Shown piece after piece: positions 1 through 13,571 of a DNA stretch of 64,000 nucleotides. The translations under genes and the position numbers were made by a program. The notes under the pieces are model-generated. The model saw nothing but the letters and a program-made list of their open reading frames with translations. It did no database searches and had not been told where the DNA came from. This DNA is from Selaginella moellendorffii. Taxonomy: Eukaryota > Plantae > Lycopodiophyta. Numbering within the stretch: the stretch's first letter is position 1; each line of letters starts with the position of its first letter. The stretch covers positions 959,457 through 1,023,456 of the forward strand of contig NW_003314318.1 in assembly GCF_000143415.4 (NCBI RefSeq), given 5' to 3'.

Positions 1-1137
1 CGGAGGCCCGTAGTGCCATTTGGACATCACTCTCTGGAAGGACTTTCACAGATTCCTGGCATAGACAAGTGATAAGAAAAAGAAACGAGAAGAGAAATAA
101 AATGGAAGCTTACAGTGGAGTACGTGTTGAGCCGGCACACCTTGAAACCGCGGTGAGATAGTCCATTTGCTGGAAGACAAAGATACAGTGACGAATAAAA
201 ATCGAGAAAGATTTTCTCGTTTTACCAAGATCGTCACTGGCTTTTAGTGATGCTGGATAGAGAACTTCCAAGGACTGGCCGCCGTCCGGCTTTGGGAGCT
301 CCTCCGCGAGAACTTTAGCGGTTGCTGGAGGATTGGAAAAGTGTCAAGATTCTGGAAGAGCTTCTTAGATGTCATTAACATTCTCTTCTTCGCTTCTAGA
401 ATACCTTGGGAGGAGACGAATCCAACTTCAAAGTTTGGCTGACTGACAGTGTCACGGAACGCTTGCTTGGTGCCGTCACCAACAACCGCCACTTTGACTT
501 TGGGACAGCCTGCGTTCCTGTTTGGCCACAAAACAAATACGTGAATAAAAAAAGTCAAATCGAAAAAAAAAGAGGAACAAGAACAAGAACAAGGACTTAC
601 TTCCATTCATTTGCAAAGACAGCAGCAGCCTCTGGTGATGTCACCACAATCCATTGGAAAGATCGTTCTAAGTTGTCATACAGTTTTGTTTCGTTAAAAG
701 GAAAACTCGGAGAGATATCTCACCTTGCAATGTCAGTGCCAATCGATGTAAATCAGGACCGGGAGTGTGTTCTATCAAAGGGAGCTCCAAACATTCTATT
801 TGGTGATTACGCTGACAAAGAAAAAAAAGAAATCAAAGAGAACGTTTGGTGTGATGCGTCAAACAAACCACACCCAATAAATCTCCTCCTCTCGCTCCAA
901 ATACTCTCGTGAGCACAGAAACAAAGAAGAACTCACCAGTGCTTTGATAAGCTTGTCATTCTTGCCGCGCTCCCGGGTGACAACCACGGAATTTCGCCTC
1001 TGGCAGCAAATCGTGACACGGGAGGAAAATGCCGGTGTGGAGCACAACACTACCGCTGTCTGAGCTGCAAAATTTGATACTTTCAGCCCGATTCCCAGGA
1101 GATCAAGGCAAATCTCACCTCCGAACGCGAGCGCCAT
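1..1137 (-). CDS. HEMD: Uroporphyrinogen-III synthase, chloroplastic (multi-exon; 3' end runs off the window edge)
   Basis: Exons read MALAFGG...NSVVVTRERGKNDKLIKAL / ...IECLELPLIEHTPGPDLHRL / ...GCPKVKVAVVGDGT...EVGFVSS, which match the plant UROS pattern. Introns are short GT-AG. ATG at 1137. Confidence 0.85.
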
Positions 1138-1377
1138 AGCCACCAGATCACGAAACCCTAAAGAGAACGCCCATACGTTACGGAAAAAAAGAAGAAAAGA
1201 ATGCAAACTTGGTTACAAGTCAGTAAAGGTGGTAGAGTTGTTCTCCCTTGAGAAGCCTTTGGCATAGTTGATCTCTCATGGTGAGAAGGTGTTGATCATC
1301 TCCACTGCCATGGTGCCAATTTCAGTGACATTTTTTGATCTAGTTGAAGTCTAGTTGAAGAACATTTGATCGCCCAT

Positions 1378-1601
1378 GTACATCAGTTCACTGCTGTGAT
1401 GGTATGAGCATTCACTCTGCTATCTCTATGACTGTAAGAGGTGTGATTCTACCCAGGGCTAATATTGCTCCAGTGTTGCGGTTTGCGCATTTGCTGGGAG
1501 CCCTCAAGCTGCAGCATCAGCCCAGGGTGGAAGTGCACCTGTTACAGTCACAGAGATAGCAGAATGAATGCTCAGATCGTCACAGCAATGAGGTGATGTA
1601 C
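1378..1601 (+). ncRNA. Long imperfect foldback, candidate MIRNA precursor
   Basis: Arm 1378-1460 is the near reverse complement of arm 1519-1601. Mismatches favour G:U on the + strand (about 6 vs 3). There is an inner hairpin at 1468-1500 and no credible ORF. Confidence 0.65.
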
Positions 1602-2325
1602 TCGAGATGTTGCAAAAAGAGAGGCAATGCCGAGTCAGATCCAGCGCTGGAAAGTTGCTAGAGTACAGTGATCGAAGCTCTTCGAAGCTCCTGGTGCAAG
1701 ATCCACTTGTGAGTGTCCGCGACATGAACACGTCCGAAGTTGTGAGCAAAGTCGACGGGGTTGGGAAGCTCCGTGTCTGTCAGTGGATCCATGGAGACGG
1801 CCAAACCGCCAGCTTTTCTTGCGGCATTGACTAGAACCTGCCCAGCAGAAAAAGAGAGGGCGCCACTTTGACGCATTCAATCGACACGCTGCGTTAGCTG
1901 GAACGTTAAAAAAGTTGCTGCTCCATTCCTTTAACTCTCCCCTGTAGAACCGCCGGGATTGCTGCTCTTCGCTTGCTCGATTGAATCTCTAGCGCGTTGA
2001 ATTTGTCCTTTTCCGCTCCCTGCGACTTTCACTTGGTGTGAGATTGCGACTGCTTCAATTCAATCCCCTCTTTCAAACGCGAGAATCTTTGTTTTTTTTA
2101 AGGGATCGCGCTATAAAGTTTCGTCGCTAGAAGAATTGAATGACTCGCGTGCTCAATCGCAACTCTACAAGTCTACAAGAAATTTCTCTGTGCTTTGGAG
2201 TGGATTGGAATCAACCAGATCAGCTCTTGCTTCTCGAATCCATCGAGAAAGAATAGTTTTTCCAATTTCGTGCTACCTCTGCTAGATAAGAGAAATCCCC
2301 CTTTTCTCTATCGAGGGACCGGGAA

Positions 2326-2805
2326 ATGGATCAAGGCGACGACTACAGTGATGGCAAGAGCTCCACCGGGAGGTCCCCCAGCAGCTGGAGATCAGTGCTA
2401 GCATCGCTCAAGAAGCATCTCCAATTCCTCTCGCCCATTCGCTGCCTGGCCATGACTCGCGATTCCTACGTCCGAGGGATGAATAGCTTCGCGGCTAGCA
2501 GCGGCGGCATGATGATCCAGGGGCCTCACATTGGCGCGCTCTCCAGGAACGCCAGCCGATCGGCGAGCGAGGACGAGGACGATCTCTACCAGTTGATCCG
2601 GGCGGCGAGCATGAGAAAGAGTCGCAGTAGCGGTCTTCATGGATCTGGGGAGAATTTGGGGCCGGCGACGCTGCCGAGGAGCGCCAGCGTCCAAGAACAG
2701 GGGATTAAATTCGCGCACCGCGGCAAGATCGTCCCCCGGAGCGTGAGCCACAGTGCGATGAGCAGATTTCCACGAACAGTGCTGGAATCCACTCAAGAAG
2801 AATAG
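2326..2805 (+). CDS. Conserved plant uncharacterised protein (159 aa, intronless)
   Basis: Motifs RDSYVRGM, LSRNAS...DEDDLYQLIRAAS and VPRSVS are typical of a widespread plant small-protein family. TATA-like CTATAAA near 2111. Confidence 0.75.
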   Translation: MDQGDDYSDGKSSTGRSPSSWRSVLASLKKHLQFLSPIRCLAMTRDSYVRGMNSFAASSGGMMIQGPHIGALSRNASRSASEDEDDLYQLIRAASMRKSRSSGLHGSGENLGPATLPRSASVQEQGIKFAHRGKIVPRSVSHSAMSRFPRTVLESTQEE

Positions 2806-3160
2806 GATCATCATGGATCGCGAAAGAATCTCTCGAGTGATCGTTGTTTCCTCAATTTAAATTGTAATTCACTTATTTCCACGGAAAAAGATCCGGTTCC
2901 AGGATCTTGCAGCTTTTCCTTTGTCGATCAAGCAATCGGGACGAAGTCCAGAGAAGCTGGCAAAGGATTTTGATGAGCTCAAGCTGATGGTAACACAAGA
3001 TCCAAAGCTCCGCAAAAATCGCACACGAGAGCTAGAGCTAGAGGACTCTTCTAGATTCTCTCTTATCACATACTTTCGGTCAAGTCAAACTGTTCTGGTC
3101 ATCGGTATCATTGACTGATCCATTCTTGCAAAAATGACAAGGAGCCCTAATCTTTGAGCG

Positions 3161-3502
3161 ATGGAGGCGGCAGCCGCGATCGATGAGGAGCACGAGGTGT
3201 ATGGCGCCGAGATCCCTGACGAGGTCGACGAGGAAGCGCACGAAAAGGCCGAAGGGCCCGCCAGAGACGATGGATCTGCCAAGGTTTTTCTCTTCTTAAC
3301 TTCCTCTTCTCGATCTGCGAGCTTTCTTGGAGTTTTAGGAGCTCGAGGACATGAAGAAGCGGCTGAAAGAAATGGAGGACGAAGCAGCGGCTCTGCGAGA
3401 CATGCAAGCCAAGGTCGAGAAAGAAATGGGTGCTAGCCAAGGTAATAATCAATCTCTTCTCATTAGAAAAAATCATACCATACAGAGATCTTGACAGGAG
3501 TT

Positions 3503-3564
<62 letters not shown>

Positions 3565-4311
3565 TTTTTTGTTTTGCAGATGCTAATGCGGCCTCTCAAG
3601 CAGGAAAAGAGGAAGCTGATGCTCGCTCCGTCTACGTTGGCAATGTAAGTCTCTCGCCCTTCACGTTGAGCTTCTTTCGATCTTTACTTATCTTCCTGTT
3701 TCCTTTGGAAAAAAAAAAAGAGAGAGAAAAAATATATCAGTTTTTGCTTGTTACTCAGGTGGATTACTCGTGCACTCCCGAAGAAGTCCAGCAGCATTTC
3801 CAATCTTGTGGAACTGTGAACCGGGTGACGATTCTCACAGACAAGTTTGGACAACCGAAGGGGTACTGTGCAAACTTTTGTGATAATCTTGAGTTGAGGC
3901 CTTGTGTTTTCCTGTCAGATACGCGTATGTTGAGTTTCTCGAAGGAGAAGCCGTCCAAAATGCGATTTTGCTGAATGAATCGGAGCTCCATGGACGTCCA
4001 TTAAAGGTATATAAGGTTTCCTCCAAAGTTGAATTTGGATTCTATAAATTTTTGTATCAGGTGTCTGCGAAGAGAACCAATGTTCCCGGGATGAAACAAT
4101 ACCGCGGGAGGAGATTTGATCCATCCTACGCTTACATGACACGGAGAGCGTACATGCCACCTTATGCCTACGCTCCTTACGGATTCGGGTAAAGAATCGA
4201 GTGCAAAGCTCCTTTCCGGAACTTGTCTCTGGCTCACGCGTGGGTGTACATTCTTCTGCCAGGAAAATTCCGAGGTTCCGAAGGGCAATGCGATACAGGC
4301 CTTACTTCTGA
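3161..4311 (+). CDS. PABN: Nuclear poly(A)-binding protein (PABN/PABP2), multi-exon
   Basis: Coiled coil [23 protein letters not shown] ([48 protein letters not shown]), [10 protein letters not shown] and C-terminal [12 protein letters not shown]. Confidence 0.95.
3505..3561. repeat. (CT)n microsatellite inside a PABN intron
   Basis: Visible uninterrupted ctctct run. Confidence 0.95.
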
Positions 4312-5799
4312 CTGTTGCCTGGAATATATGCTCGATTGGATCGTATCTATTGGGATTCAAGCAAAAGAGCCCAAAAAAGAATGGAAAAGAGCAAGATACT
4401 CGCCTTTTATCAAAGGAGAGAGATCATCACGAATCGGGAGAAGAAGCGCAAGAAGATTGTGCAGAGCTTCGCTTTTCTGTCTGCGTTTTGAGAGCCATAG
4501 TGCGTCATTCTTTTTCAGTGCCTGGAACTAGAATCCTTGTTAAGGCAGTTTAATTTATTAATAATCAGCCTTTCTGTCTGTGATGTAGTGGCTAAGCTAT
4601 AGTGCGTTGCTTCATTTTTAAGTTGGAGCTCGCTGAAAGAACGAACGCAAAGCTTTTCTTTAAGAAATATAAGATTCGACACCCGTGGTTGACGTTGTTA
4701 CACAAAGAGACAATGTTTTTTTGTTGTTTGGGACTTGTTCTCCACTTATAGATATTTTTATCAATTGATAAGTGCTAGCAGGATCCCCCTTTTCTCTTTG
4801 CAACACAGGATATATTATACCAAAGGCAAAAAGAGAGAGATTTAGCCGATCATCGTGTTATCTGGGAGATTTTGGCCAAATTATCTTAAAGAAAAGGGAG
4901 AAAGATTTGAGAGGAGCTCCACTACACCAATTGCGGCTCTCTGAAACTCAATCATTCCGCATTGTGCTCTGTGACCACCAGCATTTCATTTCATAGCATT
5001 TCCGGAGTTTGAGATTTGCAGCTCCCCACAAGATTACAAAGCCCACCCACACACACACACATAGCTTTCGAAAAAACTCAAGTGCCCTCGATACGATCGT
5101 GAGATCTGGCAAGTCTTGCCAGCAAAACTGTGGGAGGTCGTAAACAAGGCATCAACCGAAATGATCCTGGCATGAACCTTGGGAACTTCTCATGACCTCA
5201 AACTTATCACGGTGCATGCGCCCTGTATCAATGATACCCATATATACAATTAAGTACGCATACGCAAAACAGAAAAGCTTAGGTAAAGGCTGGACAAAAG
5301 TAAAGCGGAGGTCAACCAGCTTTTGTGCCAATTGATCGATCGCGGATACATACACTGCATGGAAGTCGATTCCAACACGCTGCTTTTTTGGGTGGCGCAG
5401 CACTAATGTGCTCGAGCACGAGCGAGGAGGACATTTAGGACAGACAAAGAACTTACGTGACAAAAAAGAAAGCGAGCAAAAGCTCTTTCGTGCTTCCTTG
5501 GAGACAACCAAAAGGAAAGGAAAAAGAAAGTTAGGGCTCATCCACAGGGACCGCCACAAACCCTAGAGAATAGAGAATATGCCCCCAATCTTCCAATAGA
5601 AAAATTCGCTTGCATTATCAACCCCAAAGAATGTCAACTATGGGGGCAAGTAAATAAGAGAGGAGATCGATCATATCATAGTGTTTGATTATTTTTTTGT
5701 ATGCCCCACGCTTAACTGTCTGGCTCCTCCACGTCATGCTCCCATGACCTCGCGTGCTAGCAATCACCATAATGCGGCGCATGCTCCCATTCGCCCTTC

Positions 5800-5916
5800 C
5801 ACGTGGCCGACCTCCCGGTGTTCCTGGCGGCCAGGATGGTGCCACGTGGACACCGCGCGGATGTTGGCCACGTGGATTGGGCTCTAGCACGCGCGATCGC
5901 TTATTCCCGATATATA
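5800..5916 (+). promoter_or_regulatory. ACL5 proximal promoter: three G-boxes (CCACGTGG) and a TATA
   Basis: CACGTG at 5800, 5843 and 5869. TATATA at 5911. AuxRE-like TGTCTC at 5975. Confidence 0.55.
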
Positions 5917-6264
5917 GCCCTCTTTTTTGCTCTTTGAAACCAGGGTTTCACAGCGATAACGTGTTTTTTTATTTTGTCTCGAGCGAGCGAGCGATCGATC
6001 GATCGATCGGCGTCGAGTGAGCTCTTCTTTTTCTTGCGGATCATCTGCTCGGAGCTCGCGCACCGCAAAATCTGGTGTTGGCATCGCATTGTCGCCGTGT
6101 GCGAGCTTTTTCTTCGCTCGATTCTTCGCCTTCTCCACTCGCGACGCGGGGCGGCGACGTGGGATCTTTGCCAAGGTTTCGTCATAGGAAATGTGAAGCG
6201 AGGATCGATCTCTCACGGGCAAATGCCTTTTGGCCGCATTTTGGTTCTTGACAGGAAAGGCGAT

Positions 6265-7932
<1,668 letters not shown>

Positions 7933-8309
7933 TTTAATACCCGGGATTTTGTATCGGCTCATATGTACATTATAAGTCGAATGAATGGACTTTTATAACT
8001 TGCAAGATATTGTCTTTCTTGACCATGGTAGACTATAGAAATCTTTTGACCATTGGACCGAATATACCAGCTAAAACCCTCGAGGTTTTTAGGCATATTT
8101 AAACGTCTGGCTATGGCGGCGTTAGACAGTAGTTGCGTGTTTGGTGCGTGCTAGGCTAGGGTTCTTCATTCGTTCTTTGGGAGGGGGGAGCCTAGGGCGT
8201 GCTTCTTGCGTCTGGCGGCCGCATTCTTGCCGCGCTCTTCTTGGATTCTCGGCTTGGATTTTTGGAGCGCATCAAAGTGGCGGGCGGCGGCGGCGGTGGT
8301 GGCGGCGGT

Positions 8310-10664
8310 ATGGCGGCGAAAGAGGATCATCAGCACCTTGTTCACGATCAGCTGCCAGATATCGACTACTGCCCCAACGATAGCCCCGGCATCGGTAATC
8401 TTTGCTTGGGGATTCCTTTTTCTCTTGTTTCTTCCAGGGGTTAACGAGCTTGTTCTTCTTGCTTCTTTCTTGTTGCATCGCAGCCGAGGCCGTTCTCTTG
8501 GGATTCCAGCATTTTGTCACTATGATCGGGACAACCGTGCTCATTCCCAGCTTGTTTGTATACGAAATGGGGGGGAACACGGTAATCGAACAGTGCTTTC
8601 CTTTGTTTTTTCTCTTTTTTATGATTCTTCCACTCATCCTCGCTTCTCTCGCAGGAGCAGCTCATTCGAGTGATTCAAACGCTCCTCTTTGTGAATGGAG
8701 TTATGACTCTCGTGCAAAGCTTCTTTGGCACGAGGCTGCCAATTGTTATGAATGCGTCCTTCTCGTATGTGATACCAATATGGAGGATTGTGAACTCGCC
8801 GAGGTATCGCTCCATATTTGAGGATTACGAGGTGAGACCACCGCCTAAAGAGTTTCTTTGTTTCTATCCTTTCGCTCACTTTGCTTCTGTGTGTTCACAG
8901 AGGTTCTACCATACACTCCGAGCTATTCAAGGGGCTTTGATCTGCGCATCGATCATACAGATCATCCTTGGCTTCAGTGGTCTTTGGGCAGTTTTGTTGC
9001 AGTAAGTGTGATTAACTTCTGGCCTCTCAACTCCAGGGTTATGACTTGTGTGAGATCTTGCTTGACAGCTACCTTTCACCTCTTTCTGTTGCGCCAGTCA
9101 TTGCTCTAGTCGGCCTCGGACTGTTCGAGTATGGGTTTCCTGGGGTCAGCAACATTGTTTCCCATAATAATCGCTAGAATAACCTGTTTGTCAGGTTGCG
9201 AGCTGTATCGAGATTGGACTTCCCGAAGTTATTCTCCTTATAATTATTTCCCAGGTTGCTTTCTAAGCGTGTTTTGGCTTCTGATGATCACTGCCCTTTT
9301 TTATGTAGTTCCTGGGGAGGCTAACCGCTAAGAAAAAACTGCCTTTTTTTGAGCGCTTTCCAGTGCTTATAAGCGCGGCCATTATATGGGCTTATGCTCA
9401 TCTACTGACCGTCAGTGGTGCATATAAACACGCGACAGAGCTTGGAAAAGATCACTGTCGAACAGACCGAGCTCACTTCGTGAAAACTGCCCCCTGGTAT
9501 GATTTGAAGTTTCTGATGTTGGAGTTAAATCAAGCCTGACTTCAGGGTGCGACTTCCATTTCCTCTTGAATGGGGTGCTCCAACATTTAATGCCGGTGAT
9601 GCATTCGCTTTCCTTGCATCGGCTTTTGTTTCACAAGTTGAGGTACGCTCAAAAGTGTAGATTGTAAACCTGCAACTAACGTGCTCATGGACGAACAGTC
9701 CACAGCGACAATATACGGTGTGTCAAGGCTGTCGAATGCAACTCCGCCACCGCCTTTCATCGTGGGCCGAAGTATCGGTTGGCAGGTTTGTAAAGTGTTT
9801 TCCTTCATATCTTGATTATCGCGTTCTGGTTTGCAGGGTATCGGTGTTCTTTTGAATGGTCTTTTTGGAACAATCACGGGGTCCGCTGTTTCCGTGTAAG
9901 TAGAAAGCTAGAAATTTGTGAAAACGTTTTTCAACACATCTGTTGTCCTCTTCCAGGGAAAATGCTGGGCTTGTTGGTCTTACCAGAGTTGGCAGTAGGC
10001 TTACTGTTCAAATTGCAGCACTGTTTATGATAGTTTTGTCTATCTTTGGTACCTTCAGACAACCTCGCGATCTGTTACACTCATTTGTTTTTTCATGCAG
10101 GAAAATTTGGAGCTATTGTTGCTTCAATTCCCCAGCCGATCGTCGCTGCTATAAATTCTGTTCTTTACGCTGTCCTTGGTAAGCCTTACAAGTATTTCTC
10201 ACAACCTTGTTTTACTTTCCTTCCTCAGCTGCCGTTGGACTTTCATATCTTCAATTCACGAATCTAAATATCATCCGCAACTTATTCATTCTGGGCTTCA
10301 CGCTTTTTATGGGGTTCTCAATTCCACAGTACTTCTACGAATTCACTATCTCCAGTGGACACGGCCCTGTACATACTGGAGCAGGCTGGGTAAGGTTTTC
10401 ATGTCTGGCTGTGCCAGAGAGCGACACTTCGCTAACTTGTCCACCGTGCAGTTCAATGATATCCTCAACACAATATTTTCATCGAATGCCATGGTGGGGT
10501 TCATCCTTGTAGTCATCCTCGACAACGCGCTCAAGACTCATAAGAAGAACAGGGGATACGGCTGGTGGAAAAAGTATCACAAGTGGAAGACGAGTGCCAC
10601 CAACGAGGAGTTTTACAAGCTGCCATTCAACCTGAACAAGTACTTCCCGCCGCCACAGGTCTAA
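8310..10664 (+). CDS. Nucleobase-ascorbate transporter (NAT/NCS2), multi-exon
   Basis: LLGFQHFVTMIGTTVLIP, NAT signature ENAGLVGLTRVGSR, GKFGAIVASIP and C-terminal NEEFYKLPFNLNKYFP. Confidence 0.95.
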
Positions 10665-11898
10665 GCAAAGGCTCAACTCAGACGCCAGGCGGAGAGAGAG
10701 AAAACACAAGAACCGCATGACACTCAGACACACATACGTCTCTTTTGCGAGAAAAGCTGCCGCCTGCGATCACTTCAGTGTTCCTGGTTTCTTTCCATCC
10801 ATGTACATCGAGACCTGTGCCGCTGCACCGCTGCCCCGCTGCTGGGCGACGACGAGTAGGAGGGAGGAGGCGGTAGGCATGAACTTTACATCAACAGTCT
10901 TGCTACACAGCTAGTGTTCCGCTGCTACTAAAGCTCTTTTGTTCTGTTAACTACATTGGAGAGAAGCTGTGAACGCAGATCTGTCACTGTAGTAGCGGTT
11001 CGATAATGCTGCTGCTCTTGCAGGCAGCTGTTCCCAGATTTTGTTCCTCCTTTGGTGCTGCTGCTGGTGCTGGTGTTATCAAGGTCCACTCCTCTCTCTA
11101 GGTACTTATTTGCATTCCAGCATTTAGAGGATATGAGCTTTTTGCAGCAGTGGCAACCTGCTGTGTGAGCTCAGCTCACCAGCCATGTAGGTGGTAACCC
11201 TCCCCAAAAGTGTGTGTCAGCCACCACTGCCTGCCTGCCTGCAGTCTAGGTGGATGTTGACCATAGCCAGATGCCAAACATGATGCCAGTCCTTGCTTTG
11301 TGTTGGAGCATTATGTGTTACAGCATGATTGTGTTGGTAATGTGTATGGAGGAGAGGCAACACAGGTCTTGGACAACTGGAGAAGAAAAAGCATTCCTTG
11401 AGTTGAAGGAGGGAGGCTGTATGTTTGAAGTGTCACATGGCTAGCTAACATGATCATAAAGAAAGAATCTGTGCATTTTTCTGTGGTTTGTGGCTCAAAT
11501 GATGCCAGCCAGGCCCCATGTGAGCAGGGGCAGGACAGCCATTTAGGCCAACAAGAAAATAAAAAAGAGAACATCACAGAGTCACATGTTTGTTTTCTTG
11601 GAGGTTTTCCTTCTCTCTCTCTCTCTGTTGTTTTTTTTTTCCCTCTGTTTTTGTCATTGCCAGAGGCAACCCCTGGTGCCCATTGATTGATTGATTGATT
11701 TTGATGGGCCGACTGTTTTTTGGTTGATCATGGTATTCCATGGGCTACTAGGTTCAGAGAGAGCTCTGCTGGACCAAGGTTTCAAGCAATGTACACTGGC
11801 TGGATCTGATCACCTAGCTATCACCTTTTGATTTTACAAGTTGGTGATGCTCTGTTACTCTGGTGTGTTTGTGTGTCTGAAAAGATGAAGTTGGTGTC

Positions 11899-12541
11899 TC
11901 AGCTGCCTCCCATTTCTGAAATGCTGTAGAGAGATGGCCTCCATTGCCCAGGCCGGCTGTTGAGAGGTTTGAGATCCGTGGCGGCTGCAGGTGCAGCTTG
12001 CTGCGGCTGCTGATGAAGAGAAGAAAAGTTTCTGTGAAGCTCCTTTCTAGAAAAAGATTACAAGTGGTACCTGAAGTAGTACATTGCTGAACTTGAAAGT
12101 CCGGGTTGATTCAGGGGTGACTTTGGACGCGGCAATGCTTTGCTTGATCGCATCCTTGGGTATCTTTATGTTTCCTTTGCCTTCAGTGAGATCTCCAATC
12201 ACTTCTGCAAACCGATTTATAAGATCACTTGTCCCACAAACACTCTGCCTATCGTGCCATCAGAGGAGAAAAACACGAGTGTAGTTACCTTCATACGTGA
12301 CAAGGCGATAGCATTTCCCAATGCTGAGCATCGCTGCCGGCGGAAGCAACTTGAGCTTGGGCTTGAAAGATTGCGAGCCGGAACTGGGCGATGCCTTCGG
12401 CCACACGAACATTCCAACGTAATGACCCGGATTTTGCAGCATCAGCTGCCTCGCAGTCACACTCCAGTAGATTTTCTCGATTCGTCCTCCTGGGTACTCC
12501 ACCACTGCAGCCACTGCATCCGATGCATGGCAATTCCCCAT
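11899..12541 (-). CDS. DUF4228 (PADRE) family protein, 3 exons
   Basis: Myristoylation-type start MGNCHASD, YPGGRIEKIYWSVTARQLMLQNPGHYV, KLLPP...YRLVTYEE and C-terminal WRPSLYSISE. Confidence 0.9.
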
Positions 12542-13571
12542 CGCCAAAACCACACCAAGAAGGAAAACAGTGGCACCGAAAGAAACGCTTTCAAGCTCTC
12601 GATCGACCTCGCCTCGAATTGCGAGAGAAACGCTCACACGCTAGCTTTTCCACACGACCTTGACAAATTCTGTGAGTTCTATCCCAATGTAAAGTTGCGG
12701 AAGATCTCTTTCGCGCTACTGTTTCGTCCACTCAAGATTGTCGAGCGTCGCGAAACTAAACGATGAAACGAACTAAAGGCCCACAGATCGACAAGACAGG
12801 GAGAGAATGAGAGAGATGGAGAGACAAAGCACAGAGAGCGCAGTGCAGCCTTACAGGAGAAGAGCTCGCTTTGAGAGAAAGAAAGAAAGAAAGACAAAAA
12901 CAAAAGAAAGCAGCCAAATGCTAGCCCTATGATCGATTGATGCGTGTTGTGTCGTTTTATTCCTTTGCTATTTGCCCCACTGCTCCATCTCCATCTGTTC
13001 TTCGTCGATACAGACACACACCACCACCAAAAAACGCTCCCCTTTAAATCCCCATTTCACATCCTCTGATCGTCTGGCTGACTTGTAACTCCGGATCCAT
13101 CTTTGCTTGCTCGCTCGATTGCCTGTGTGTGAGGAAATCTCGCGGATATCAAGAACAAGAACCACATAAGGATGGATTTTTGCAGTGCCGGCGATTGGAT
13201 CGACCGATTCGATTCTTGGGCGTAATTTGGATTGCTGGGTCGATTCGTTGGGCTGAGCGTTGATCGCTCGCACTCAATCATGCTACCGCCGACAGGCTCT
13301 GCGAGAGAATGGGTAAATGCCCGCTGCTGGGCATCTCAGGATTGGAGCGATCGAGAGAAAGAAAATGGTTTCGTGGGTCCCTTGTACCGCAACAACCCTA
13401 CTACTTTCATTCATTTCGATCCACCAGCGAAGTCGCCAGTCGCCATAGCCAATGCTTCCCTCACCCCCTGCTCTTTCATTTAATGCCCAGGTGGGCGAAG
13501 AAGAAAGGTGAATATACCAGCGCACATTCCACCGCGGGGAACTATGCCAGGAATATGCCTCGTCCTGCTCG

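Noticed and set aside
1504-1880. Short overlapping ORFs near 1.5-1.9 kb
   Set aside because: No homology signal; the region is better explained by the hairpin and its flanks.
4578-4640. TGTGATGT...TTGGAGCTCG-CTGA, a C/D-like arrangement
   Set aside because: The C box is imperfect, there is no clean terminal stem, and complementarity to 18S is only about 8 bp.
6191-6196. ATG-TGA minimal uORF upstream of ACL5
   Set aside because: It appears to lie inside a 5' UTR intron (GT at ~6176, ACAG at ~6254), so it would be spliced out.
10700-11890. 1.2-kb convergent intergenic region with CTG-rich tracts and small hairpins
   Set aside because: No conserved miRNA, long foldback or credible ORF was found by eye.
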